From sequence record MZ375238.1: 38,112 nt of DNA. The stretch is one strand, 5' to 3'. Below the pieces are notes generated by a model that did no database searches, was not told the DNA's origin, and saw nothing but the letters and a program-made list of their open reading frames with translations. The number at the start of each line of letters is the position of its first letter. The first letter of the stretch is position 1. Made by a program: the position numbers and the translations under genes. Of this stretch, positions 20,314 through 31,900 are shown piece by piece. Origin of the DNA: Escherichia phage T7.

Positions 20314-21237
20314 ATGGCTGAATCTAATGCAGACGTATATGCATCTTTTGGCGTGAACTCCGCTGTGATGTCTGGTGGTTCCGTTGAGGAACATGAGCAG
20401 AACATGCTGGCTCTTGATGTTGCTGCCCGTGATGGCGATGATGCAATCGAGTTAGCGTCAGACGAAGTGGAAACAGAACGTGACCTGTATGACAACTCTG
20501 ACCCGTTCGGTCAAGAGGATGACGAAGGCCGCATTCAGGTTCGTATCGGTGATGGCTCTGAGCCGACCGATGTGGACACTGGAGAAGAAGGCGTTGAGGG
20601 CACCGAAGGTTCCGAAGAGTTTACCCCACTGGGCGAGACTCCAGAAGAACTGGTAGCTGCCTCTGAGCAACTTGGTGAGCACGAAGAGGGCTTCCAAGAG
20701 ATGATTAACATTGCTGCTGAGCGTGGCATGAGTGTCGAGACCATTGAGGCTATCCAGCGTGAGTACGAGGAGAACGAAGAGTTGTCCGCCGAGTCCTACG
20801 CTAAGCTGGCTGAAATTGGCTACACGAAGGCTTTCATTGACTCGTATATCCGTGGTCAAGAAGCTCTGGTGGAGCAGTACGTAAACAGTGTCATTGAGTA
20901 CGCTGGTGGTCGTGAACGTTTTGATGCACTGTATAACCACCTTGAGACGCACAACCCTGAGGCTGCACAGTCGCTGGATAATGCGTTGACCAATCGTGAC
21001 TTAGCGACCGTTAAGGCTATCATCAACTTGGCTGGTGAGTCTCGCGCTAAGGCGTTCGGTCGTAAGCCAACTCGTAGTGTGACTAATCGTGCTATTCCGG
21101 CTAAACCTCAGGCTACCAAGCGTGAAGGCTTTGCGGACCGTAGCGAGATGATTAAAGCTATGAGTGACCCTCGGTATCGCACAGATGCCAACTATCGTCG
21201 TCAAGTCGAACAGAAAGTAATCGATTCGAACTTCTGA
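20314..21237 (+). CDS. Capsid assembly (scaffolding) protein (gene 9)
   Basis: 307-aa highly acidic ORF MAESNADVYASFGVNSAVMSGGSVEEHEQN... Confidence 0.95.
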   Translation: MAESNADVYASFGVNSAVMSGGSVEEHEQNMLALDVAARDGDDAIELASDEVETERDLYDNSDPFGQEDDEGRIQVRIGDGSEPTDVDTGEEGVEGTEGSEEFTPLGETPEELVAASEQLGEHEEGFQEMINIAAERGMSVETIEAIQREYEENEELSAESYAKLAEIGYTKAFIDSYIRGQEALVEQYVNSVIEYAGGRERFDALYNHLETHNPEAAQSLDNALTNRDLATVKAIINLAGESRAKAFGRKPTRSVTNRAIPAKPQATKREGFADRSEMIKAMSDPRYRTDANYRRQVEQKVIDSNF

Positions 21238-21250
21238 TAGACTTCGAAAT

Positions 21251-21273
21251 TAATACGACTCACTATAGGGAGA
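21251..21273 (+). promoter_or_regulatory. T7 promoter phi10 (strong class III) with the gene 10 leader and RBS
   Basis: taatacgactcactatagggagaccacaacggtttccc..., then aagaaggagatatacat ATG. Confidence 0.95.
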
Positions 21274-21330
21274 CCACAACGGTTTCCCTCTAGAAATAAT
21301 TTTGTTTAACTTTAAGAAGGAGATATACAT

Positions 21331-22368
21331 ATGGCTAGCATGACTGGTGGACAGCAAATGGGTACTAACCAAGGTAAAGGTGTAGTTGCTGCTGGAGATA
21401 AACTGGCGTTGTTCTTGAAGGTATTTGGCGGTGAAGTCCTGACTGCGTTCGCTCGTACCTCCGTGACCACTTCTCGCCACATGGTACGTTCCATCTCCAG
21501 CGGTAAATCCGCTCAGTTCCCTGTTCTGGGTCGCACTCAGGCAGCGTATCTGGCTCCGGGCGAGAACCTCGACGATAAACGTAAGGACATCAAACACACC
21601 GAGAAGGTAATCACCATTGACGGTCTCCTGACGGCTGACGTTCTGATTTATGATATTGAGGACGCGATGAACCACTACGACGTTCGCTCTGAGTATACCT
21701 CTCAGTTGGGTGAATCTCTGGCGATGGCTGCGGATGGTGCGGTTCTGGCTGAGATTGCCGGTCTGTGTAACGTGGAAAGCAAATATAATGAGAACATCGA
21801 GGGCTTAGGTACTGCTACCGTAATTGAGACCACTCAGAACAAGGCCGCACTTACCGACCAAGTTGCGCTGGGTAAGGAGATTATTGCGGCTCTGACTAAG
21901 GCTCGTGCGGCTCTGACCAAGAACTATGTTCCGGCTGCTGACCGTGTGTTCTACTGTGACCCAGATAGCTACTCTGCGATTCTGGCAGCACTGATGCCGA
22001 ACGCAGCAAACTACGCTGCTCTGATTGACCCTGAGAAGGGTTCTATCCGCAACGTTATGGGCTTTGAGGTTGTAGAAGTTCCGCACCTCACCGCTGGTGG
22101 TGCTGGTACCGCTCGTGAGGGCACTACTGGTCAGAAGCACGTCTTCCCTGCCAATAAAGGTGAGGGTAATGTCAAGGTTGCTAAGGACAACGTTATCGGC
22201 CTGTTCATGCACCGCTCTGCGGTAGGTACTGTTAAGCTGCGTGACTTGGCTCTGGAGCGCGCTCGCCGTGCTAACTTCCAAGCGGACCAGATTATCGCTA
22301 AGTACGCAATGGGCCACGGTGGTCTTCGCCCAGAAGCTGCTGGTGCAGTGGTTTTCAAAGTGGAGTAA
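21331..22368 (+). CDS. Major capsid protein 10A
   Basis: 345-aa ORF MASMTGGQQMGTNQGKGVVAAGDKLALFLKVFGG...VVFKVE. Confidence 0.97.
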   Translation: MASMTGGQQMGTNQGKGVVAAGDKLALFLKVFGGEVLTAFARTSVTTSRHMVRSISSGKSAQFPVLGRTQAAYLAPGENLDDKRKDIKHTEKVITIDGLLTADVLIYDIEDAMNHYDVRSEYTSQLGESLAMAADGAVLAEIAGLCNVESKYNENIEGLGTATVIETTQNKAALTDQVALGKEIIAALTKARAALTKNYVPAADRVFYCDPDSYSAILAALMPNAANYAALIDPEKGSIRNVMGFEVVEVPHLTAGGAGTAREGTTGQKHVFPANKGEGNVKVAKDNVIGLFMHRSAVGTVKLRDLALERARRANFQADQIIAKYAMGHGGLRPEAAGAVVFKVE

Positions 22369-22526
22369 TGCTGGGGGTGGCCTCAACGGTCGCTGCTAGT
22401 CCCGAAGAGGCGAGTGTTACTTCAACAGAAGAAACCTTAACGCCAGCACAGGAGGCCGCACGCACCCGCGCTGCTAACAAAGCCCGAAAGGAAGCTGAGT
22501 TGGCTGCTGCCACCGCTGAGCAATAA
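21331..22526 (+). CDS. Minor capsid protein 10B, made by a -1 ribosomal frameshift near the end of 10A
   Basis: Slippery g-gtt-ttc at 22350-22356 just before the 10A stop; the -1 frame stays open to TAA at 22524-22526. Known T7 biology. Confidence 0.6.
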
Positions 22527-22530
22527 CTAG

Positions 22531-22576
22531 CATAACCCCTTGGGGCCTCTAAACGGGTCTTGAGGGGTTTTTTGCT
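22531..22576 (+). terminator. T7 RNA polymerase terminator Tphi
   Basis: aaccccttggggcctctaaacgggtcttgaggggtt hairpin followed by ttttttg. Confidence 0.92.
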
Positions 22577-22591
22577 GAAAGGAGGAACTAT

Positions 22592-23182
22592 ATGCGCTCA
22601 TACGATATGAACGTTGAGACTGCCGCTGAGTTATCAGCTGTGAACGACATTCTGGCGTCTATCGGTGAACCTCCGGTATCAACGCTGGAAGGTGACGCTA
22701 ACGCAGATGCAGCGAACGCTCGGCGTATTCTCAACAAGATTAACCGACAGATTCAATCTCGTGGATGGACGTTCAACATTGAGGAAGGCATAACGCTACT
22801 ACCTGATGTTTACTCCAACCTGATTGTATACAGTGACGACTATTTATCCCTAATGTCTACTTCCGGTCAATCCATCTACGTTAACCGAGGTGGCTATGTG
22901 TATGACCGAACGAGTCAATCAGACCGCTTTGACTCTGGTATTACTGTGAACATTATTCGTCTCCGCGACTACGATGAGATGCCTGAGTGCTTCCGTTACT
23001 GGATTGTCACCAAGGCTTCCCGTCAGTTCAACAACCGATTCTTTGGGGAACCGGAAGTAGAGGGTGTACTCCAAGAAGAGGAAGATGAGGCTAGACGTCT
23101 CTGCATGGAGTATGAGATGGACTACGGTGGGTACAATATGCTGGATGGAGATGCGTTCACTTCTGGTCTACTGACTCGCTAA
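22592..23182 (+). CDS. Tail tubular protein A (gene 11)
   Basis: 196-aa [32 protein letters not shown]... Confidence 0.95.
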   Translation: MRSYDMNVETAAELSAVNDILASIGEPPVSTLEGDANADAANARRILNKINRQIQSRGWTFNIEEGITLLPDVYSNLIVYSDDYLSLMSTSGQSIYVNRGGYVYDRTSQSDRFDSGITVNIIRLRDYDEMPECFRYWIVTKASRQFNNRFFGEPEVEGVLQEEEDEARRLCMEYEMDYGGYNMLDGDAFTSGLLTR

Positions 23183-23205
23183 CATTAATAAATAAGGAGG
23201 CTCTA

Positions 23206-25590
23206 ATGGCACTCATTAGCCAATCAATCAAGAACTTGAAGGGTGGTATCAGCCAACAGCCTGACATCCTTCGTTATCCAGACCAAGGGTCACGCCAAGT
23301 TAACGGTTGGTCTTCGGAGACCGAGGGCCTCCAAAAGCGTCCACCTCTTGTTTTCTTAAATACACTTGGAGACAACGGTGCGTTAGGTCAAGCTCCGTAC
23401 ATCCACCTGATTAACCGAGATGAGCACGAACAGTATTACGCTGTGTTCACTGGTAGCGGAATCCGAGTGTTCGACCTTTCTGGTAACGAGAAGCAAGTTA
23501 GGTATCCTAACGGTTCCAACTACATCAAGACCGCTAATCCACGTAACGACCTGCGAATGGTTACTGTAGCAGACTATACGTTCATCGTTAACCGTAACGT
23601 TGTTGCACAGAAGAACACAAAGTCTGTCAACTTACCGAATTACAACCCTAATCAAGACGGATTGATTAACGTTCGTGGTGGTCAGTATGGTAGGGAACTA
23701 ATTGTACACATTAACGGTAAAGACGTTGCGAAGTATAAGATACCAGATGGTAGTCAACCTGAACACGTAAACAATACGGATGCCCAATGGTTAGCTGAAG
23801 AGTTAGCCAAGCAGATGCGCACTAACTTGTCTGATTGGACTGTAAATGTAGGGCAAGGGTTCATCCATGTGACCGCACCTAGTGGTCAACAGATTGACTC
23901 CTTCACGACTAAAGATGGCTACGCAGACCAGTTGATTAACCCTGTGACCCACTACGCTCAGTCGTTCTCTAAGCTGCCACCTAATGCTCCTAACGGCTAC
24001 ATGGTGAAAATCGTAGGGGACGCCTCTAAGTCTGCCGACCAGTATTACGTTCGGTATGACGCTGAGCGGAAAGTTTGGACTGAGACTTTAGGTTGGAACA
24101 CTGAGGACCAAGTTCTATGGGAAACCATGCCACACGCTCTTGTGCGAGCCGCTGACGGTAATTTCGACTTCAAGTGGCTTGAGTGGTCTCCTAAGTCTTG
24201 TGGTGACGTTGACACCAACCCTTGGCCTTCTTTTGTTGGTTCAAGTATTAACGATGTGTTCTTCTTCCGTAACCGCTTAGGATTCCTTAGTGGGGAGAAC
24301 ATCATATTGAGTCGTACAGCCAAATACTTCAACTTCTACCCTGCGTCCATTGCGAACCTTAGTGATGACGACCCTATAGACGTAGCTGTGAGTACCAACC
24401 GAATAGCAATCCTTAAGTACGCCGTTCCGTTCTCAGAAGAGTTACTCATCTGGTCCGATGAAGCACAATTCGTCCTGACTGCCTCGGGTACTCTCACATC
24501 TAAGTCGGTTGAGTTGAACCTAACGACCCAGTTTGACGTACAGGACCGAGCGAGACCTTTTGGGATTGGGCGTAATGTCTACTTTGCTAGTCCGAGGTCC
24601 AGCTTCGCGTCCATCCACAGGTACTACGCTGTGCAGGATGTCAGTTCCGTTAAGAATGCTGAGGACATTACATCACACGTTCCTAACTACATCCCTAATG
24701 GTGTGTTCAGTATTTGCGGAAGTGGTACGGAAAACTTCTGTTCGGTACTATCTCACGGGGACCCTAGTAAAATCTTCATGTACAAATTCCTGTACCTGAA
24801 CGAAGAGTTAAGGCAACAGTCGTGGTCTCATTGGGACTTTGGGGAAAACGTACAGGTTCTAGCTTGTCAGAGTATCAGCTCAGATATGTATGTGATTCTT
24901 CGCAATGAGTTCAATACGTTCCTAGCTAGAATCTCTTTCACTAAGAACGCCATTGACTTACAGGGAGAACCCTATCGTGCCTTTATGGACATGAAGATTC
25001 GATACACGATTCCTAGTGGAACATACAACGATGACACATTCACTACCTCTATTCATATTCCAACAATTTATGGTGCAAACTTCGGGAGGGGCAAAATCAC
25101 TGTATTGGAGCCTGATGGTAAGATAACCGTGTTTGAGCAACCTACGGCTGGGTGGAATAGCGACCCTTGGCTGAGACTCAGCGGTAACTTGGAGGGACGC
25201 ATGGTGTACATTGGGTTCAACATTAACTTCGTATATGAGTTCTCTAAGTTCCTCATCAAGCAGACTGCCGACGACGGGTCTACCTCCACGGAAGACATTG
25301 GGCGCTTACAGTTACGCCGAGCGTGGGTTAACTACGAGAACTCTGGTACGTTTGACATTTATGTTGAGAACCAATCGTCTAACTGGAAGTACACAATGGC
25401 TGGTGCCCGATTAGGCTCTAACACTCTGAGGGCTGGGAGACTGAACTTAGGGACCGGACAATATCGATTCCCTGTGGTTGGTAACGCCAAGTTCAACACT
25501 GTATACATCTTGTCAGATGAGACTACCCCTCTGAACATCATTGGGTGTGGCTGGGAAGGTAACTACTTACGGAGAAGTTCCGGTATTTAA
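23206..25590 (+). CDS. Tail tubular protein B (gene 12)
   Basis: 794-aa ORF MALISQSIKNLKGGISQQPDILRYPDQGS... Confidence 0.95.
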   Translation: MALISQSIKNLKGGISQQPDILRYPDQGSRQVNGWSSETEGLQKRPPLVFLNTLGDNGALGQAPYIHLINRDEHEQYYAVFTGSGIRVFDLSGNEKQVRYPNGSNYIKTANPRNDLRMVTVADYTFIVNRNVVAQKNTKSVNLPNYNPNQDGLINVRGGQYGRELIVHINGKDVAKYKIPDGSQPEHVNNTDAQWLAEELAKQMRTNLSDWTVNVGQGFIHVTAPSGQQIDSFTTKDGYADQLINPVTHYAQSFSKLPPNAPNGYMVKIVGDASKSADQYYVRYDAERKVWTETLGWNTEDQVLWETMPHALVRAADGNFDFKWLEWSPKSCGDVDTNPWPSFVGSSINDVFFFRNRLGFLSGENIILSRTAKYFNFYPASIANLSDDDPIDVAVSTNRIAILKYAVPFSEELLIWSDEAQFVLTASGTLTSKSVELNLTTQFDVQDRARPFGIGRNVYFASPRSSFASIHRYYAVQDVSSVKNAEDITSHVPNYIPNGVFSICGSGTENFCSVLSHGDPSKIFMYKFLYLNEELRQQSWSHWDFGENVQVLACQSISSDMYVILRNEFNTFLARISFTKNAIDLQGEPYRAFMDMKIRYTIPSGTYNDDTFTTSIHIPTIYGANFGRGKITVLEPDGKITVFEQPTAGWNSDPWLRLSGNLEGRMVYIGFNINFVYEFSKFLIKQTADDGSTSTEDIGRLQLRRAWVNYENSGTFDIYVENQSSNWKYTMAGARLGSNTLRAGRLNLGTGQYRFPVVGNAKFNTVYILSDETTPLNIIGCGWEGNYLRRSSGI

Positions 25591-25620
25591 TTAAATATTC
25601 TCCCTGTGGTGGCTCGAAAT

Positions 25621-25643
25621 TAATACGACTCACTATAGGGAGA
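25621..25643 (+). promoter_or_regulatory. T7 promoter phi13
   Basis: taatacgactcactatagggagaacaa; +1 at 25638. Confidence 0.9.
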
Positions 25644-25670
25644 ACAATACGACTACGGGAGGGTTTTCTT

Positions 25671-26087
25671 ATGATGACTATAAGACCTACTAAAAGTACA
25701 GACTTTGAGGTATTCACTCCGGCTCACCATGACATTCTTGAAGCTAAGGCTGCTGGTATTGAGCCGAGTTTCCCTGATGCTTCCGAGTGTGTCACGTTGA
25801 GCCTCTATGGGTTCCCTCTAGCTATCGGTGGTAACTGCGGGGACCAGTGCTGGTTCGTTACGAGCGACCAAGTGTGGCGACTTAGTGGAAAGGCTAAGCG
25901 AAAGTTCCGTAAGTTAATCATGGAGTATCGCGATAAGATGCTTGAGAAGTATGATACTCTTTGGAATTACGTATGGGTAGGCAATACGTCCCACATTCGT
26001 TTCCTCAAGACTATCGGTGCGGTATTCCATGAAGAGTACACACGAGATGGTCAATTTCAGTTATTTACAATCACGAAAGGAGGATAA
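25671..26087 (+). CDS. Gene 13 protein (internal virion protein A)
   Basis: 138-aa ORF MMTIRPTKSTDFEVFTPAHHDILEAK... Confidence 0.9.
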   Translation: MMTIRPTKSTDFEVFTPAHHDILEAKAAGIEPSFPDASECVTLSLYGFPLAIGGNCGDQCWFVTSDQVWRLSGKAKRKFRKLIMEYRDKMLEKYDTLWNYVWVGNTSHIRFLKTIGAVFHEEYTRDGQFQLFTITKGG

Positions 26088-26091
26088 CCAT

Positions 26092-26682
26092 ATGTGTTGG
26101 GCAGCCGCAATACCTATCGCTATATCTGGCGCTCAGGCTATCAGTGGTCAGAACGCTCAGGCCAAAATGATTGCCGCTCAGACCGCTGCTGGTCGTCGTC
26201 AAGCTATGGAAATCATGAGGCAGACGAACATCCAGAATGCTGACCTATCGTTGCAAGCTCGAAGTAAACTTGAGGAAGCGTCCGCCGAGTTGACCTCACA
26301 GAACATGCAGAAGGTCCAAGCTATTGGGTCTATCCGAGCGGCTATCGGAGAGAGTATGCTTGAAGGTTCCTCAATGGACCGCATTAAGCGAGTCACAGAA
26401 GGACAGTTCATTCGGGAAGCCAATATGGTAACTGAGAACTATCGCCGTGACTACCAAGCAATCTTCGCACAGCAACTTGGTGGTACTCAAAGTGCTGCAA
26501 GTCAGATTGACGAAATCTATAAGAGCGAACAGAAACAGAAGAGTAAGCTACAGATGGTTCTGGACCCACTGGCTATCATGGGGTCTTCCGCTGCGAGTGC
26601 TTACGCATCCGGTGCGTTCGACTCTAAGTCCACAACTAAGGCACCTATTGTTGCCGCTAAAGGAACCAAGACGGGGAGGTAA
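26092..26682 (+). CDS. Internal virion protein B (gene 14)
   Basis: 196 aa from ATG 26092 (MCWAAAIPIAISGAQAISGQNAQAKMIAAQ...). The ORF track shows an in-frame upstream extension overlapping gene 13. Confidence 0.9.
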   Translation: MCWAAAIPIAISGAQAISGQNAQAKMIAAQTAAGRRQAMEIMRQTNIQNADLSLQARSKLEEASAELTSQNMQKVQAIGSIRAAIGESMLEGSSMDRIKRVTEGQFIREANMVTENYRRDYQAIFAQQLGGTQSAASQIDEIYKSEQKQKSKLQMVLDPLAIMGSSAASAYASGAFDSKSTTKAPIVAAKGTKTGR

Positions 26683-26688
26683 TGAGCT

Positions 26689-28932
26689 ATGAGTAAAATT
26701 GAATCTGCCCTTCAAGCGGCACAACCGGGACTCTCTCGGTTACGTGGTGGTGCTGGAGGTATGGGCTATCGTGCAGCAACCACTCAGGCCGAACAGCCAA
26801 GGTCAAGCCTATTGGACACCATTGGTCGGTTCGCTAAGGCTGGTGCCGATATGTATACCGCTAAGGAACAACGAGCACGAGACCTAGCTGATGAACGCTC
26901 TAACGAGATTATCCGTAAGCTGACCCCTGAGCAACGTCGAGAAGCTCTCAACAACGGGACCCTTCTGTATCAGGATGACCCATACGCTATGGAAGCACTC
27001 CGAGTCAAGACTGGTCGTAACGCTGCGTATCTTGTGGACGATGACGTTATGCAGAAGATAAAAGAGGGTGTCTTCCGTACTCGCGAAGAGATGGAAGAGT
27101 ATCGCCATAGTCGCCTTCAAGAGGGCGCTAAGGTATACGCTGAGCAGTTCGGCATCGACCCTGAGGACGTTGATTATCAGCGTGGTTTCAACGGGGACAT
27201 TACCGAGCGTAACATCTCGCTGTATGGTGCGCATGATAACTTCTTGAGCCAGCAAGCTCAGAAGGGCGCTATCATGAACAGCCGAGTGGAACTCAACGGT
27301 GTCCTTCAAGACCCTGATATGCTGCGTCGTCCAGACTCTGCTGACTTCTTTGAGAAGTATATCGACAACGGTCTGGTTACTGGCGCAATCCCATCTGATG
27401 CTCAAGCCACACAGCTTATAAGCCAAGCGTTCAGTGACGCTTCTAGCCGTGCTGGTGGTGCTGACTTCCTGATGCGAGTCGGTGACAAGAAGGTAACACT
27501 TAACGGAGCCACTACGACTTACCGAGAGTTGATTGGTGAGGAACAGTGGAACGCTCTCATGGTCACAGCACAACGTTCTCAGTTTGAGACTGACGCGAAG
27601 CTGAACGAGCAGTATCGCTTGAAGATTAACTCTGCGCTGAACCAAGAGGACCCAAGGACAGCTTGGGAGATGCTTCAAGGTATCAAGGCTGAACTAGATA
27701 AGGTCCAACCTGATGAGCAGATGACACCACAACGTGAGTGGCTAATCTCCGCACAGGAACAAGTTCAGAATCAGATGAACGCATGGACGAAAGCTCAGGC
27801 CAAGGCTCTGGACGATTCCATGAAGTCAATGAACAAACTTGACGTAATCGACAAGCAATTCCAGAAGCGAATCAACGGTGAGTGGGTCTCAACGGATTTT
27901 AAGGATATGCCAGTCAACGAGAACACTGGTGAGTTCAAGCATAGCGATATGGTTAACTACGCCAATAAGAAGCTCGCTGAGATTGACAGTATGGACATTC
28001 CAGACGGTGCCAAGGATGCTATGAAGTTGAAGTACCTTCAAGCGGACTCTAAGGACGGAGCATTCCGTACAGCCATCGGAACCATGGTCACTGACGCTGG
28101 TCAAGAGTGGTCTGCCGCTGTGATTAACGGTAAGTTACCAGAACGAACCCCAGCTATGGATGCTCTGCGCAGAATCCGCAATGCTGACCCTCAGTTGATT
28201 GCTGCGCTATACCCAGACCAAGCTGAGCTATTCCTGACGATGGACATGATGGACAAGCAGGGTATTGACCCTCAGGTTATTCTTGATGCCGACCGACTGA
28301 CTGTTAAGCGGTCCAAAGAGCAACGCTTTGAGGATGATAAAGCATTCGAGTCTGCACTGAATGCATCTAAGGCTCCTGAGATTGCCCGTATGCCAGCGTC
28401 ACTGCGCGAATCTGCACGTAAGATTTATGACTCCGTTAAGTATCGCTCGGGGAACGAAAGCATGGCTATGGAGCAGATGACCAAGTTCCTTAAGGAATCT
28501 ACCTACACGTTCACTGGTGATGATGTTGACGGTGATACCGTTGGTGTGATTCCTAAGAATATGATGCAGGTTAACTCTGACCCGAAATCATGGGAGCAAG
28601 GTCGGGATATTCTGGAGGAAGCACGTAAGGGAATCATTGCGAGCAACCCTTGGATAACCAATAAGCAACTGACCATGTATTCTCAAGGTGACTCCATTTA
28701 CCTTATGGACACCACAGGTCAAGTCAGAGTCCGATACGACAAAGAGTTACTCTCGAAGGTCTGGAGTGAGAACCAGAAGAAACTCGAAGAGAAAGCTCGT
28801 GAGAAGGCTCTGGCTGATGTGAACAAGCGAGCACCTATAGTTGCCGCTACGAAGGCCCGTGAAGCTGCTGCTAAACGAGTCCGAGAGAAACGTAAACAGA
28901 CTCCTAAGTTCATCTACGGACGTAAGGAGTAA
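26689..28932 (+). CDS. Internal virion protein C (gene 15)
   Basis: 747-aa ORF MSKIESALQAAQPGLSRLRGGAGGMGYRAATTQ... Confidence 0.95.
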   Translation: MSKIESALQAAQPGLSRLRGGAGGMGYRAATTQAEQPRSSLLDTIGRFAKAGADMYTAKEQRARDLADERSNEIIRKLTPEQRREALNNGTLLYQDDPYAMEALRVKTGRNAAYLVDDDVMQKIKEGVFRTREEMEEYRHSRLQEGAKVYAEQFGIDPEDVDYQRGFNGDITERNISLYGAHDNFLSQQAQKGAIMNSRVELNGVLQDPDMLRRPDSADFFEKYIDNGLVTGAIPSDAQATQLISQAFSDASSRAGGADFLMRVGDKKVTLNGATTTYRELIGEEQWNALMVTAQRSQFETDAKLNEQYRLKINSALNQEDPRTAWEMLQGIKAELDKVQPDEQMTPQREWLISAQEQVQNQMNAWTKAQAKALDDSMKSMNKLDVIDKQFQKRINGEWVSTDFKDMPVNENTGEFKHSDMVNYANKKLAEIDSMDIPDGAKDAMKLKYLQADSKDGAFRTAIGTMVTDAGQEWSAAVINGKLPERTPAMDALRRIRNADPQLIAALYPDQAELFLTMDMMDKQGIDPQVILDADRLTVKRSKEQRFEDDKAFESALNASKAPEIARMPASLRESARKIYDSVKYRSGNESMAMEQMTKFLKESTYTFTGDDVDGDTVGVIPKNMMQVNSDPKSWEQGRDILEEARKGIIASNPWITNKQLTMYSQGDSIYLMDTTGQVRVRYDKELLSKVWSENQKKLEEKAREKALADVNKRAPIVAATKAREAAAKRVREKRKQTPKFIYGRKE

Positions 28933-28958
28933 CTAAAGGCTACATAAGGAGGCCCTAA

Positions 28959-31900
28959 ATGGATAAGTACGATAAGAACGTACCAAGTGATTATGATGGT
29001 CTGTTCCAAAAGGCTGCTGATGCCAACGGGGTCTCTTATGACCTTTTACGTAAAGTCGCTTGGACAGAATCACGATTTGTGCCTACAGCAAAATCTAAGA
29101 CTGGACCATTAGGCATGATGCAATTTACCAAGGCAACCGCTAAGGCCCTCGGTCTGCGAGTTACCGATGGTCCAGACGACGACCGACTGAACCCTGAGTT
29201 AGCTATTAATGCTGCCGCTAAGCAACTTGCAGGTCTGGTAGGGAAGTTTGATGGCGATGAACTCAAAGCTGCCCTTGCGTACAACCAAGGCGAGGGACGC
29301 TTGGGTAATCCACAACTTGAGGCGTACTCTAAGGGAGACTTCGCATCAATCTCTGAGGAGGGACGTAACTACATGCGTAACCTTCTGGATGTTGCTAAGT
29401 CACCTATGGCTGGACAGTTGGAAACTTTTGGTGGCATAACCCCAAAGGGTAAAGGCATTCCGGCTGAGGTAGGATTGGCTGGAATTGGTCACAAGCAGAA
29501 AGTAACACAGGAACTTCCTGAGTCCACAAGTTTTGACGTTAAGGGTATCGAACAGGAGGCTACGGCGAAACCATTCGCCAAGGACTTTTGGGAGACCCAC
29601 GGAGAAACACTTGACGAGTACAACAGTCGTTCAACCTTCTTCGGATTCAAAAATGCTGCCGAAGCTGAACTCTCCAACTCAGTCGCTGGGATGGCTTTCC
29701 GTGCTGGTCGTCTCGATAATGGTTTTGATGTGTTTAAAGACACCATTACGCCGACTCGCTGGAACTCTCACATCTGGACTCCAGAGGAGTTAGAGAAGAT
29801 TCGAACAGAGGTTAAGAACCCTGCGTACATCAACGTTGTAACTGGTGGTTCCCCTGAGAACCTCGATGACCTCATTAAATTGGCTAACGAGAACTTTGAG
29901 AATGACTCCCGCGCTGCCGAGGCTGGCCTAGGTGCCAAACTGAGTGCTGGTATTATTGGTGCTGGTGTGGACCCGCTTAGCTATGTTCCTATGGTCGGTG
30001 TCACTGGTAAGGGCTTTAAGTTAATCAATAAGGCTCTTGTAGTTGGTGCCGAAAGTGCTGCTCTGAACGTTGCATCCGAAGGTCTCCGTACCTCCGTAGC
30101 TGGTGGTGACGCAGACTATGCGGGTGCTGCCTTAGGTGGCTTTGTGTTTGGCGCAGGCATGTCTGCAATCAGTGACGCTGTAGCTGCTGGACTGAAACGC
30201 AGTAAACCAGAAGCTGAGTTCGACAATGAGTTCATCGGTCCTATGATGCGATTGGAAGCCCGTGAGACAGCACGAAACGCCAACTCTGCGGACCTCTCTC
30301 GGATGAACACTGAGAACATGAAGTTTGAAGGTGAACATAATGGTGTCCCTTATGAGGACTTACCAACAGAGAGAGGTGCCGTGGTGTTACATGATGGCTC
30401 CGTTCTAAGTGCAAGCAACCCAATCAACCCTAAGACTCTAAAAGAGTTCTCCGAGGTTGACCCTGAGAAGGCTGCGCGAGGAATCAAACTGGCTGGGTTC
30501 ACCGAGATTGGCTTGAAGACCTTGGGGTCTGACGATGCTGACATCCGTAGAGTGGCTATCGACCTCGTTCGCTCTCCTACTGGTATGCAGTCTGGTGCCT
30601 CAGGTAAGTTCGGTGCAACAGCTTCTGACATCCATGAGAGACTTCATGGTACTGACCAGCGTACTTATAATGACTTGTACAAAGCAATGTCTGACGCTAT
30701 GAAAGACCCTGAGTTCTCTACTGGCGGCGCTAAGATGTCCCGTGAAGAAACTCGATACACTATCTACCGTAGAGCGGCACTAGCTATTGAGCGTCCAGAA
30801 CTACAGAAGGCACTCACTCCGTCTGAGAGAATCGTTATGGACATCATTAAGCGTCACTTTGACACCAAGCGTGAACTTATGGAAAACCCAGCAATATTCG
30901 GTAACACAAAGGCTGTGAGTATCTTCCCTGAGAGTCGCCACAAAGGTACTTACGTTCCTCACGTATATGACCGTCATGCCAAGGCGCTGATGATTCAACG
31001 CTACGGTGCCGAAGGTTTGCAGGAAGGGATTGCCCGCTCATGGATGAACAGCTACGTCTCCAGACCTGAGGTCAAGGCCAGAGTCGATGAGATGCTTAAG
31101 GAATTACACGGGGTGAAGGAAGTAACACCAGAGATGGTAGAGAAGTACGCTATGGATAAGGCTTATGGTATCTCCCACTCAGACCAGTTCACCAACAGTT
31201 CCATAATAGAAGAGAACATTGAGGGCTTAGTAGGTATCGAGAATAACTCATTCCTTGAGGCACGTAACTTGTTTGATTCGGACCTATCCATCACTATGCC
31301 AGACGGACAGCAATTCTCAGTGAATGACCTAAGGGACTTCGATATGTTCCGCATCATGCCAGCGTATGACCGCCGTGTCAATAGTGACATCGCCATCATG
31401 GGGTCTACTGGTAAAACCACTAAGGAACTTAAGGATGAGATTTTGGCTCTCAAAGCGAAAGCTGAGGGAGACGGTAAGAAGACTGGCGAGGTACATGCTT
31501 TAATGGATACCGTTAAGATTCTTACTGGTCGTGCTAGACGCAATCAGGACACTGTGTGGGAAACCTCACTGCGTGCCATCAATGACCTAGGGTTCTTCGC
31601 TAAGAACGCCTACATGGGTGCTCAGAACATTACGGAGATTGCTGGGATGATTGTCACTGGTAACGTTCGTGCTCTAGGGCATGGTATCCCAATTCTGCGT
31701 GATACACTCTACAAGTCTAAACCAGTTTCAGCTAAGGAACTCAAGGAACTCCATGCGTCTCTGTTCGGGAAGGAGGTGGACCAGTTGATTCGGCCTAAAC
31801 GTGCTGACATTGTGCAGCGCCTAAGGGAAGCAACTGATACCGGACCTGCCGTGGCGAACATCGTAGGGACCTTGAAGTATTCAACACAGGAACTGGCTGC

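Noticed and set aside
21251-22576. Sequences familiar from pET expression vectors: T7 promoter with the g10 leader and RBS, the MASMTGGQQMG 'T7 tag', and the T7 terminator.
   Set aside because: They sit in native phage context: scaffolding gene 9 upstream, full-length capsid gene 10, then tail genes 11-12. There is no lac operator, multiple cloning site, His-tag or plasmid backbone. Vectors borrowed these elements from T7, not the reverse.
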